Assembly (NCBI GenBank): GCA_002269645.1
Contig: NIVC01000404.1
Span: forward strand, 124,001-188,000
Source of the DNA: Macrostomum lignano
Taxonomy: Eukaryota
Length of the DNA: 64,000 bases
Direction of reading: 5' to 3'
The position numbers were made by a program, and so were the translations under genes. Below, in pieces: positions 22,171 through 33,506 of the stretch. The notes beneath the pieces are model-generated. The model was not told where the DNA came from and did no database searches. It worked only from the letters and a program-made list of their open reading frames with translations. Every line of letters starts with the position of its first letter. Within the stretch, counting starts at the first letter, position 1.

Positions 22171-23868
22171 TCAAATGCAGTCAGGCGATGCCAGGTACAC
22201 TAATCTGTCTAGTTTGTTCATAAATCTGCAGCAGCACTGCTGCCTTGGTCTATTACCGACTCCATCTTCGCTGTTTCTACCGCATAAAACTGCTCGATCT
22301 CCGCCGACGCCCTTCGCCGACGACGTTCCATTCCGACGTCGACGAATCCATTCGGCAATGCCGGCTACGGTGGAAGCGACATCTTTGCCTAAATTTGAGC
22401 CGCTATGAGTTTTAGTGAGCTGCTCAACCAACAGGTCGGTCATCTCTGGAGCGCCTAACGACCATAGCAACAGATGGTTGCTAGGTATGCTTAGGCGCGG
22501 CGTTTCTACAGATGCTGCTGCACTGTATGCTGTAGTCGTTACTGGCGTGAGCTCTCCGACAACAAACACTGGAGGTAGGCGGCCTCGCTGACCAACAGCC
22601 AGAGTTGCTAGAATGTCCGTCAGGGTCACGCTGCCGCCACTGGCCGCTTCGAAGTGTTCTCGACCGCCGCGGCCCAGGCAGAACACGAAGCAGCAGTCGC
22701 GTCCACTTTCAGACATCGCCGAGGCCGTCTGCCGCAGCAGCCGTAGCGTCTCTCTGCGCGACTTGTTCCAGTGGATAAACACGGTGAACTCCAGCCGGCT
22801 GTTGAACAGGCGGCCGATTGCCGCTGCCGCGTCACGAATCTGATTGGCTCGGGCCAGCAGCTGGCGCGGACTGCCGCCGTCCGCTGCGGCAGCATCCATA
22901 TCGGCTTCTTCATCAGAGGCAGGGTCAGCTTCAGCAGTTGGTTGTGTACCGCTTGTTGTTGTACCATTGGCAGGCGTTGGACAGTTTGAGTTGCTGTTCA
23001 GAGCGGCGGTCGATGCGGGCAAAAGGCTGGCATAGTTGGCAAACACAACGCATAGGCCGTTACACGCCTGCAGCTCAAGGGGCGGCTCCTGCGGCTGCTG
23101 CGGCTCTGAATGTGCTGTCAGTCTCTGCGTGCTGGCTGACCTATTGCTGGATGGTTGAATTCGGATCAAGAATGTTGCTTCAGTTGATACAGAGAGACAG
23201 AGAGTAGTTACAGGCTTTTTCCCACCTAAATTTTAGTTGTAGACCAATTCTTTCTGAACCACCCTCATTGACAATGTGCGAATCAGGCTATACTACTCGT
23301 AGTTAGGCAACCTATAGCGCAAAGCCAGAGCGTCCCATAGCCAGTTATGAGGCACTTCTGCCCATTTCGCTGACTCTTGAGCATATAATCCTGGACACAC
23401 AAGCCCCGCTTGTGAGAGTGAGATCTTGTCACAATTATTGTCTGCATACTTCGCACAAGTACAGCATTGAATATCTTACCTTGTTGATGAGCTGGCGTCA
23501 TTAAAACTGCGAGCACTGTTCGTGATTTCGATATTGTTGACTTCATCCGTCTGCAGTCGGTTTCCGTTTGAGTTTGTCTTCGACGATTTCGCCGCAGATG
23601 CTCCTACTGGTGCTGCTGTTGTCGGCGAGTTCAACAGGTCCTGCAGTTCCGCTATCAACTGTCTAGCTTTGGACACCACAGTCGAAGGATTGTCAGCATC
23701 TTCTGGCTGCAGGGGCGCGTATAATGATTGCCTTTGTCGTGGCGAGGTCCTGCAGTTACTATTTGTAGTATGAGTGTAGCTGCTTGCTGAGTCCTGTATA
23801 GCTCCAGTCGCAGTTCTTGCCGATGTTGAGGCTAAGCTAGTGACCTCGGAGCTGTTACAACTTGTCAT
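22171..23868 (-). CDS. Caspase-fold protein lacking catalytic His and Cys (pseudo-caspase) with a Ser/Thr-rich N-terminal region. Probable exons 23868-23480 and ~23146-22171
   Basis: Caspase elements in order: GLCVVFANY (beta1), DAAAAIGRLFNSRLEFTVFIHWNKSRRETLRLL, DCCFVFCLGRG (SHG site, H to R), LPPVFVVGEL (KPKLFIIQAC site, C to L), IPSNHLLLWS, terminal MNKLDRLVYL. Donor AG|GTAAG at 23480; the exact acceptor is uncertain. Confidence 0.7.
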
Positions 23869-24901
23869 TGTGTTGATGATGAGTGTTGTTCTTTTCTTCT
23901 GTTGTGCTGGCCTATTTAGTTATAATGATTTCTAGACATATTGATACAATTACGAGTGAAATAGCTCTCAGAGTTCTGCTTAAGTATAGTGGCAGGCTGC
24001 AGAAGTGTTTGGCAATGCACATATAGACATAGTAATACACGGTCCGCTCGCTGACACATCGTGATTCTCTTCTCCCCGTTGTGCTCCTCCCGTGCCTCCT
24101 CTTCTGTACAGCTCATTCTTTACCTGGGGCGCTTGGTTGCGTACATTCTCTAACCGCGCGTATTAACAGACTTAGCTACAGTGTAGCTATCTCAAGTTTA
24201 CACTGTCAGTTATTGACTGCTGGGAGCTAGGAAAAGAGGGAGAGAGAATGAAAGAAGAGAGCAAGAGCGCTAGGTTTTGGTAGAAATGTATGAATAGTTA
24301 ATGTACTCACTCACTCACAGTGGTCTGGTCTGGGTCTGATACTCTGATACACCGCTTCGCTTTGCGATTAATTATTAGCTATTTTCTTTAAAATTTACCT
24401 TATTTACAGTGTTCGTGTTGCAACCAATAGGCAGCTACAGTGTTATTTCAAGGTATTGTGTTACATGCGTGCAAGTACTCGTACATATACGGCAATTCCA
24501 GTTTATCTATACCATCTTAAATTGACAGCCAACCAAAATGTTGTAAAATGCATCTATATATGATTTTGGGTCGAAAATCACTCAGCTCTTCATTTTTTAG
24601 CATTTTTATGATAAAATAATCATAAATTTTTTTTATGCTTTTCGTAAAGTATGATGAAGACCGTAAAGTATACAGCTAGTCTGCTTTATTATAATTGCTG
24701 ATCAGATGCATGCAATGCCCTGTAAACTTACAGTATTGTGTATGGTCACTCTCAGCACTGTATTTTACCCAAGAAGAGCCTCAGAACAATGAAATGGTTT
24801 AATCGATAGTAAAAATGCATGGTATAGTGAGACAGCGCGGTTTTTTTTAAGTTTCATAATTACAAATATCAATTGCAGACTGAGTACTGAGTAGTTGCAA
24901 G

Positions 24902-25021
24902 CAATAATGTAACGATATATACCGATTTTTTTCGGCAGCAATTGCGTAAGCTGAAGCCGCGTAGCGGCTGAAGCTTAGTAGAGCAATTGCTGCCGAAAAA
25001 AATCGGTACATGTCATTATTG
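24902..25021. repeat. ~120-bp palindrome / hairpin (MITE-like)
   Basis: Perfect 25-bp inverted repeat at 24921-24945 / 24983-25007, inner paired TAAGCT/AGCTTA and GCCGC/GCGGC, outer CAATAATG/CATTATTG. No TSD found. Confidence 0.85.
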
Positions 25022-25304
25022 TACCCTTTTGACTTCCCTTGTCTATGGCCCAGACATAGTGCGGATGCTGAGTATGAAATGCGATTGTTGCCGGAATGCG
25101 CTTTGAAAGGTTTGTAGAGATAATCAATCGTCTATGGCAAATTTAGTTGCTCTCTAAATGAAAGGGTTGTAGAGATAATTAATCGTTTATGGCAAATTTA
25201 AAGGACAGTGAAGACAGCTAGCCTGGCTGCCATGAGTTAATTCTCAAGTTGATTTTGAGCTTGAATTAATTCTCCTATTCGGAGTGCAAATAGGAAAAGT
25301 AGCT

Positions 25305-25631
25305 ATGACTCGCTACGCAAACATTCCTGGCGGAGAAATATGTGGACTCTCCACGGACGAGTTGGCTTTTGTCACCCGAGAGTCGAGCACGCGCTACGTT
25401 CTGGAGATGGACAACCTGGATGCGTCGTCCAGTTCCAACGGGCTGCCTGAGCTAGGTAGCGAAGATCTGGAAATGTTGGACCGACTTGAGAGTGACTCAG
25501 TGCCGAAATCGACCGAGACGCAACGGAAGCTTCACGTGGCAAGGTTCCGACAGTTCCTCAACGAGAAGGGGCTCTGCCAGGAGTTTGAGCGTGTTCCGGA
25601 TCGATTTTTGAACGATTATCTGAGGCTTTGA
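25305..25631 (+). pseudogene. N-terminal fragment of a Crypton-type tyrosine recombinase (KCTD1/QRICH1/ZMYM-related), truncated
   Basis: LDRLESDSVPKSTETQRKLHVARFRQFLNEKG..EFERVPDRFLNDYLRL resembles the segment preceding the DUF3504 domain (S-V-P-K-N-T...F..W/FL....F......LN..LR.FY). It stops where FY is expected, and no catalytic domain is seen downstream. Confidence 0.55.
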
Positions 25632-27089
25632 TAGCCAAATACATTCGTCTGAAATCCGGCAACAATCGAAAAAAGCCAACAATTAACAATTAAATTGTTA
25701 CCGCAAGTATGAATGCCGGAAACCATAGACAAAAGGGAACAATGTTCGATTGAGGCTCGTTTTCATGTACGTCCAATTGTAGCGGAAGATTATATAGCGC
25801 AAGCATGCACATAGACTGGGGATTTTCGTCTGGAATCTGGATGTTAGGTGCTATTGTTACTTAACAACAGTATTTTGACTCGAAATATAATATTTAGCTT
25901 ATATTTAGATTTATTCTGATTTTAGCTAGAGTGTGACGGCCAAATTTTTATATTATTACTTATTCGCCATCTCAAGTAGAAATGGTTTTGTTATACGTTA
26001 CGGACATTTTAAATATATTGTTCGCCTGTATTTTTAGTGTGGAGCGCCGACAGTTGCTAGGATGTTTTAAGGTGATTGTTGTTGTTCTCCATGGCAATAT
26101 TTACATTACATAATTCTTGTTTTGCAATGATTAAACTTGAATGCAGAATTAGTTGTGAATTAAATTTAATGTACTAGTGAAAAAAATAGAACTGAATCTC
26201 AGTAGGCACTTGTATTTGTGTTGCTGTTGTATGTTGAATGTTGCATTTTATAATCATAACGATCCATGCATTCATAGGCCTATAATTTACTAGGAGCCCA
26301 TACTAAACATTTAGAAGTAAGGCAATAAGTCAATCACTCAATGACCAAGGTTTAACCGAATATATAGGCCTACCATATTATATATGAATATTTTTCATTA
26401 ATCTTGTCTAGTCAGATCATTCCAGGATTCAACCAAGACCAAATTATGCAAAATGTGTTAGAATCAGATGCCATTCCACACTTTGGAAGGTTATATGTAT
26501 GCCAGAAATTCCTAGTATATTAGTGAATAGGCTAGTTTAGTTGTTTTGGATTGGAATGGAATACCACTTTGCTATACCACTTTGCACTTTGAGCTCAAGT
26601 AAATTTTTAGCATAGGCCTACTAATATTATTACTAACTTATGCTTGTCAAAACTAACTTTGACAAATATGAAGTTACACATTAGCAAGAATTTATAATTT
26701 ATGAAAAAATATACTCTAAGCCCCTATAACTTATAAGAGTTTCAAAGAATTTAAATGCTAAATAATATTACAATAATAATGCTATTAAGACAAATAGTAC
26801 TTTTGTAATATAAACTTTCAGTTTTAAAAGATTTTCTATAATTCAAAGTTAATTAGTACTACTAATAGTAGATTTCATCATTTTTTGTAGGTAAATTAAT
26901 ATTGGAAAGTTTTGTTAGGGGCCTAAAATAAATAGGCCTATTTCTTAAAAAAATAAAATAAGTTTTTTTTATTGCATTTTTAGCTTCAACATGTATTGTA
27001 CATAGTGCAGTGGCAGTACAAGGGGAGAGGGCAGGGGGGAGGGCAGTTGCCCTAAGGTGATCACAGGTCACTGCTTCAAGGGGGATGAC

Positions 27090-27292
27090 TATCCTACTAG
27101 GTACCCGGTAAAATGCGGAATCCGCAACGGAATCGGAATGGAATAGTACGGTAAAACGCGGAATCCGCAGTGGAATGGTAAACTGCGGAACGAAGTGCGG
27201 ATTCCGCACATTAAAGTAAAATGTGGAACGCGAAAATGAAAAAAGTAAAATGCGGAATGAAAACTAACTGAATTATACTTTTATTCATCAAC
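27090..27292 (-). mobile_element. Dispersed ~200-bp repeat rich in TTCCGC/GCGGAA motifs, copy 1
   Basis: Near-identical inverted copy at 36822-36995. Confidence 0.85.
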
Positions 27293-27851
27293 ATCAACAT
27301 GTACTAGAGACTACAAATAGCTATCTAGCTACATGTATATATAGCTTAATTTATTTAGAAGCTGATTTTTTGTAGTGTCAAATAAAGTTTCTATCATCGG
27401 AATGTATATTAACAACATATTGTGCAGTTTTCGGAAATAAGTATATGCTAAAAATACAGAAATAAATTTCTTTGCAAGAAATGTTTAAATATTCCATTTG
27501 CCTATCTTGCAAATGCATTCGGAAGTGTTACCATGATGCTCACTTGCGCTAGGCTTCTGCGCCAGTTTATCACAATATATCATGATATTAAAAAGTGCTT
27601 ATGCATGGACCTGGCCTGATTTCCAAGTGCCAAAATGTGCTACAAGGGAACCTAACGTACAAGCAAAACCCTTTCCTGGACACCCTTTTTGATGCGACCA
27701 ACTATTAACAGCTAATTTTCTAAATGTACTGTTTGATTGAATCTATGCATTAACTTTTCTGTGGACAAAGCCCACGAGATTAAGTTCCGAAGAGGGTTTA
27801 CAGGCGACAACAACCCGCTTTACGGGTGTGCGGGTAGAGCCTCTATGTGAC

Positions 27852-28023
27852 CATGCTTGGGCGCAACCTTGGGATTCCCTCGGCCATTTCTATTGGCAAC
27901 ACACACATGTAAGTCGCTATTGGACGGAATAGTAGTCACGTGACTGCTCTCAGCCAATAGCGACTTACATGTGTGTGTTGCCAATAGAAACGGCCGGGTG
28001 ATTCCCAAAGTTGCGCATGTATG
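27852..28023. mobile_element. 172-bp hairpin MITE, P-element-like, same family as 39234-39509
   Basis: Perfect 8-bp TSD TATGTGAC (27844-27851 / 28024-28031). Right end GTTGCGCATGTATG is identical to the TIR of the 39234 element. 37-bp perfect inner inverted repeat; shared GCGACTTAC motif. Confidence 0.85.
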
Positions 28024-29249
28024 TATGTGACTATGACCCGAAACAACAGCCCAGCAGTTGAACAACAGCCGTAGGCTTTAATCAGTCACAAGCATAATCA
28101 GCTTGGCTTCAATTTCAGTTCCCTCACCCAACTCTAAAAGACTGCAGTCTGTAATTACTAGTTAAACGTCGACAAAAAACTAAATAACTAATAAAAAAGC
28201 GCATTGCAAATTTGATTGGTGCACGAGTTAGGAGGCTGCTGACAAGGGTCCAACTAAAAGAAACTAGAAAGCGACCAAGCCACGTTTATAGACTAGATCC
28301 TTTTTGACAATTTAAATGGAATGGACAGTAAATTTAGCACACGAACATGATTTAACCAATTTTAGTAGTCATTTAGTAGTCGTTCCAAAAAGGAATTGGT
28401 TACTATTTCGAAAGATTAATCTAATTGTCTTTTTTCAGTTAGCTTAGGTCACTTTGTTTCCTTTAGTAGTTTGACATACTAACAAAAACTTATTTGTCGA
28501 ATATATTGTGCCATGGCCATCGGATATTAATCTCTAATCTCTCATAACCAAATAGTAAATGACCCAATAAGGATGATGAATACAATACATGAAAACTAAG
28601 CCAAACAATCTTTACAATATAATCACCATTACAGTTGCGCAGGGATTTTAGCTTGTGCAAAACAAAAAAATGTCATACAAAATTGTCTAATCAAATTATT
28701 AAGGCGTCAGTGTTTTACAACAAAAATTTAGAAACCAAAAGATGGAAAATTTAGCAAAATATGCTCTCACATACAAAACAAAAATAATAATAACTCCATC
28801 ATTAAAGTTACTGTGTATAAAAAGAACAATCATATTTTCTTCAGTTGTCTGAGTGCGATAGCGCAGTATTTTCAAATGACCCTATTAGTGGTTTTGAAGA
28901 ATGGAAAAGAAAACCAGCGCATTTCGTCAGAAATTCACTAAAAAAGGCTTCCCTTCTGGCTGCTGTACTGTGGGTCCTTAGATACAACCGGTTTAGTTTA
29001 TGGCCAAGCCATCAAGACTTACGCTGATTGTGAATGCAAAAGTATTTATAATTAAAATATACGCGACACGCAAGGCCAATCAATAGCCAGATAAACACCA
29101 AACACTATGGCACTAAGAAGATAGCATCAGCAGGTAGCAGGTAGGTATTGAGGATTCAAGGGATTATCGGCACGCTTTGAGCAGGTTACTGGTAGCATCT
29201 GCAGGTAGGTATTGAGGATTTAAGGGATTATCGGCGCGTAGGACTAGCA

Positions 29250-32200
29250 CTAAAGATGGCAATGAGAACAGAAGAAGTTCGGCTGCTTTGCAGCTTTAGC
29301 GAAGTCAGCGTCACTCAAGCCTAAGCAGTTGGCATGGTACCACTTGCTACAGTGGTCGCACATAATTGACAAGTCAATGGAGAAATATGGCGTTCTGCAG
29401 TCGCAGATGAGGTCAGTGCGAAAACATCGAATTGACAAATTTCGCACTTTCCGTGAAGAATCTATTGGAAACGGTAGCATCTTCTTTTCATCAAAACAGC
29501 GGATAAGATGCTGTCGTAGCTTCGTTGCACTAAATAGGCAATTAACGGGGTTGGTTTGCGTGGCGATGGCTACTGCGTAGGCAATAGTATAAAGGCCACA
29601 ATCGTGAGCACTCTTTTGGTGAGCCACGTTTGCATACTGCAGAGTAATAGATGAGCATTCAAGTCTTAAAAAAGACGTTATGTCGCGCAGTAGTGAAGAC
29701 GACATCTTTGGTGGATGCGAGTCAAAAACCGTCAGACCTTCAGGGTAGTTTGATAGCAGGATCCAGTGATCACAACCAGATTCGTGGAAAATCTGGACAA
29801 AGGTTTCTTCTAAAAATGTTTTTTTAACGTGGGGGGACAGGTTACGAACTAAATAGCTTCAGTTTCCTAAAATTCTAAGCTAAAACCGCTAAACATTGTT
29901 ACATCTGATATAATTGATAGGATAAAATCAAATATATTAGGCAAACGCCTACAATTAAATTATTAAATGTACTAGCTTTATCGTCTTTGAAAATGAACAC
30001 TACATATAAAGTTATGTATATTTGCTTTTGTTTAATTTTTGTTTAAAATACTTCATACTTAGATCATTTCTATGGTTTAGATTGCTGTATTATAGTACTT
30101 ACAATAGTTTAAGGATATTACTCACCCTCTTTGACATGCACGTTGCGATCCTTCAATAAGGACGGATTCAGTAAGCCGGCAATTTTTGGCCATCTCGATC
30201 TGATAAGGCAAGAGGCTGCTGCCATGACATCTCCAGTCAGTTGACCATGGGGAGACTGAATGGACTGTCTTAAGAATTAATGTGAAAGAGTTCAATGTAT
30301 ACACTTTCGAAAATAGAGAATGATAGAAAAAAATAAAATAACTTTGTTTCATACCTGTCAGCATTTCGTAATCCCAAGATGGGAATCCATGCGTCAGACT
30401 CGGCCACGAGCACATCAGGCCCCATAAAGTCAATTCCAGAGGTTAAATAAATGCCTCTAGGGGCCGAACGAAAGTAATCATTTACTGTAGGCTGTACGTT
30501 AAGAGCTCCAGTAAACGTAGCATTGACCTTTCCAGCGGCCTCTGTCCCAGCGCATCGATCTTCAGTGGAGCCGGCGCATCGATCTTCAGCGGAGCCGGCG
30601 CATTGATCTTCAGCGGAGCCGGCGCATCGATCTTCAGTGGAGCCGGCGCATCGATCTTCAGCGGAGCCGGCGCATCGATCTTCAGCGGAGCCGGCGCATC
30701 GATCTTCAGTGGAGCCGGCGCATCGATCTTCAGTGGAGCCGGCGCATCGATCTTCAGCGGAGCCGGCGCATCGATCTTCAGTGGAGCCGGCGCATCGATC
30801 TTCAGCGGAGCCGGCGCATCGATCTTCAGTGTAGCCGGCGCATCGATCTTCAGCAGACTTAGCTGTACATTCTTCAGCAAGAGCGGCATTATTATCACTA
30901 GAAGGCTCCGCGTCAGATTGGTCGCTTGCGCTCTCAATATGGCAGACTTTCTTGATGCCACGAACTTCAACGTCGGAGTCGGATGCCGACTTGTCTAAGT
31001 CAATATCCCTTGGACGCTTTCTCCCTGATCGTCTATTTTTTTTGGGAGCAAGTTGCGTCGAAGCAGTTGAGCATTGCCTGCTTTAAAGTTTCCCTTAAGG
31101 TTAATTGACAGTCGACAAGCAATAATGTGGTAGCACGTCCCACTTGCGGGGCAGGTACATTTCTCCTTTGGAAAAAGGCGCACACTGTGACAATCACCTG
31201 TTGTACCAATCACAGTAAATGATCCTGTACTAGGAACACCAACAACTTTATTCTGGCGAATTAAATCTTCCGCGCGGGCCATCTGAGACTTAGGAACGTG
31301 ACAGCTTGGTGTCTTAGCTTTTCTATCGCTCGCATCGTTTTCATCGACTGGCCTCCTGCGATGCTTGATTCGCTGTACGACTTCGGCTGGTTCAATGAAT
31401 GGGTGTGAATTGACTGCTGGCACCGCCTGGGCTAACTGTTGAAATTCCGGATGCAGCCGAAAGCTACCGAGGTTTGCAAAGGCCCGATTCGTTTCGTGCA
31501 GTAAATATGCTTGAAGATAGTACACGGTTAGTATCGCCTCGTCCAAACGAACTTCTTTCCAGTTCTGAGCACGCTTAACAACAGTGTTGAACGCCTCGGC
31601 TTGATTAATAGTCACTCCACTAAAGGCATTGTACAAACCAAGTGGCTCAAGTACCCAGCGACCGACTTTGCACTGAACCATGGCATGCCACTGAGAAAAG
31701 TAATAATCACAAAGTTTTGCACTCCACCTAGACGAGACATCCTCAAGCTTGCTGCAATACTCTTCGAGAGTTTGAGAGCGCCAAAGATCCTCGAGTTGGG
31801 ATTTGATACCATTTTCTTCAGAGGAACATCCGTTCTTATGCAGCCAAAACTTGACATCGCGAACGATGTGGATCCAGCATTGAAGGTGGCTCATGTCACT
31901 CAAAACACGGTTCACCGCGTTACTTATTGCTACTTCACAATCCGTGACAAGAACACCTCGATTAGTAGACAGGGAAGGTATCTTGCGCAACATCAGTGAA
32001 AAAAATCACTGTGGATGGCTTCTAGCTTGCGGTCATGAAGTAAAAATGCAACTGGCAAAACAGGCATTACATCTTGTTGAGAAAGAAGCAATGGATGGCG
32101 AAAGGTCAGGGTCGAAAGAAAAAATCACCTAGGTTAAAAGTGGTATCGTACGCAAGTAAGTTCTTGCATGGCAAATTTTGGCACTGCAAAATTTGGTCGA

Positions 32201-33390
32201 GCATTGTTAGCATTTCAGGAAGTGCAACAATTACACCAAGATGCGGTAGAAAATCCATCTGATGAATGCAGTTAACAAGATCCGCTCCAAGTTCGATACA
32301 GTTTACAACGTCGTCATTTGATAATCGAAGATTCTGTAGGACTACTTTTCGTACATTAGCCACTTGGTAGTGATCACGCGGCTTTAACACTGCTTCGTGT
32401 TGAGGATCAACAGAGGCAGACGTTGTGGCAGTCTGATACACCTGGCTCGGAGAACTGCCTTTTTCAGCCAGGCGCTGCTGCAATTCCTTCAGAACACTAG
32501 GACACGTTTGTTGAAATGGATTGGCAGAAGGGCTGCGACAATTGCCATGGGGCTCAAGACTGCCTTGGCTATGGTCACCAATATAAACAATAAGCCGTCG
32601 GCGAAGCAGCTCTGAGCTACTACTGTCAATGAGTTGGTAGACATTTCGACGAAAGAGCGGCTGACCTTGCTTATCTGAATCCTTGACTCGAGGAATAAAA
32701 TAAGTTTTCTTAACAAGAGGTGACTGGGCTGGAAGCAATTTAAATGCGCCATTGTTCCGCCACTGATATTGGTCACAGAGATAGTCGTTGCACTCTAAAA
32801 TAAATGGGTTGGGTGGATTCATATATACAATTAAATAGCATAAGTGCATTATTTTGAGAACTAATTTTTTAATTTAAATTGGCACTCTAGACATGCAAAC
32901 GAATAATTTAAATATTTGGCTAATTCATTATACATTTGGCAAAAAAAGATTTGCCATTAATTTTGGACCCACAAAGGTACATTTGTACTATATATCCAGT
33001 TAAAGCAGTTTGCAATCAATAGGACAAGTTGAGGAAGTGAAAAAGGTGCCATATAAAAAGAAAGTTGAAAAATGGACATAAAAAGTGGCATGAGTCAGTC
33101 ACACCTCAGCTTAACTGTCAGGTTGGCTGGGTGTACCAAACCCCAGCAGGTAGGCCAGAGCCAGAGCCAGAGCCATATTAACAAATCAAAGTAGAAAGTA
33201 AAAGCAATGTGCACTGAAAATGATGTTTTCACTTACTGCTCTCATCATCAAAGTAGTACAGATAAACTTCTCCACCTTTTGGACTCACTGGTGGAAGAGT
33301 GATACAAGAATCTTGGCTAGTTTCAATAATTATCTTTTGAGCTTCTTCTGGGCTGAAGTCCCCTTGAATGACTTCCAATGGGGCAATCAT
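29250..33390 (-). mobile_element. Mutator-like (MULE) transposase gene fused to SWIM, a tandem-repeat linker, Ulp1/C48 protease and PHD finger. Exons 33390-33237, 32794-30355 (three frameshifts), 30268-30126, 29848-29250; ~1112 aa if corrected
   Basis: PPVSPKGGEVYLY, DYLCDQYQWRNNG, YDTTFNLGDF and VTDCEVAISNA...HLQCWIH (MULE DDE region); CTCPASGTCYHIIA (SWIM); RSGRKRPR; VQIFH..DHWILLS..VFDS..QKSAHDCGLY (Ulp1 His/Asp/Gln/Cys); CDCR...CDHCSKWYHANC...FFCSHC (PHD). All three introns are GT-AG with compatible phases. Element termini were not located. Confidence 0.9.
30551..30852 (-). repeat. 24-bp in-frame coding minisatellite (DRCAGSTE x ~12) inside the MULE gene
   Basis: Unit GATCGATGCGCCGGCTCCACTGAA on the minus strand; the frame stays open between the RKRPR motif and the Ulp1 exons. 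Confidence 0.85.
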
Positions 33391-33470
33391 GTGCTAGCAT
33401 GAGAGCAAGGGTGCTGCAAAGAAAGAAAATGTTAAGAGCTTTGGATGCAAAGTAATTGAAGCAGACATAA

Positions 33471-33506
<36 letters not shown>

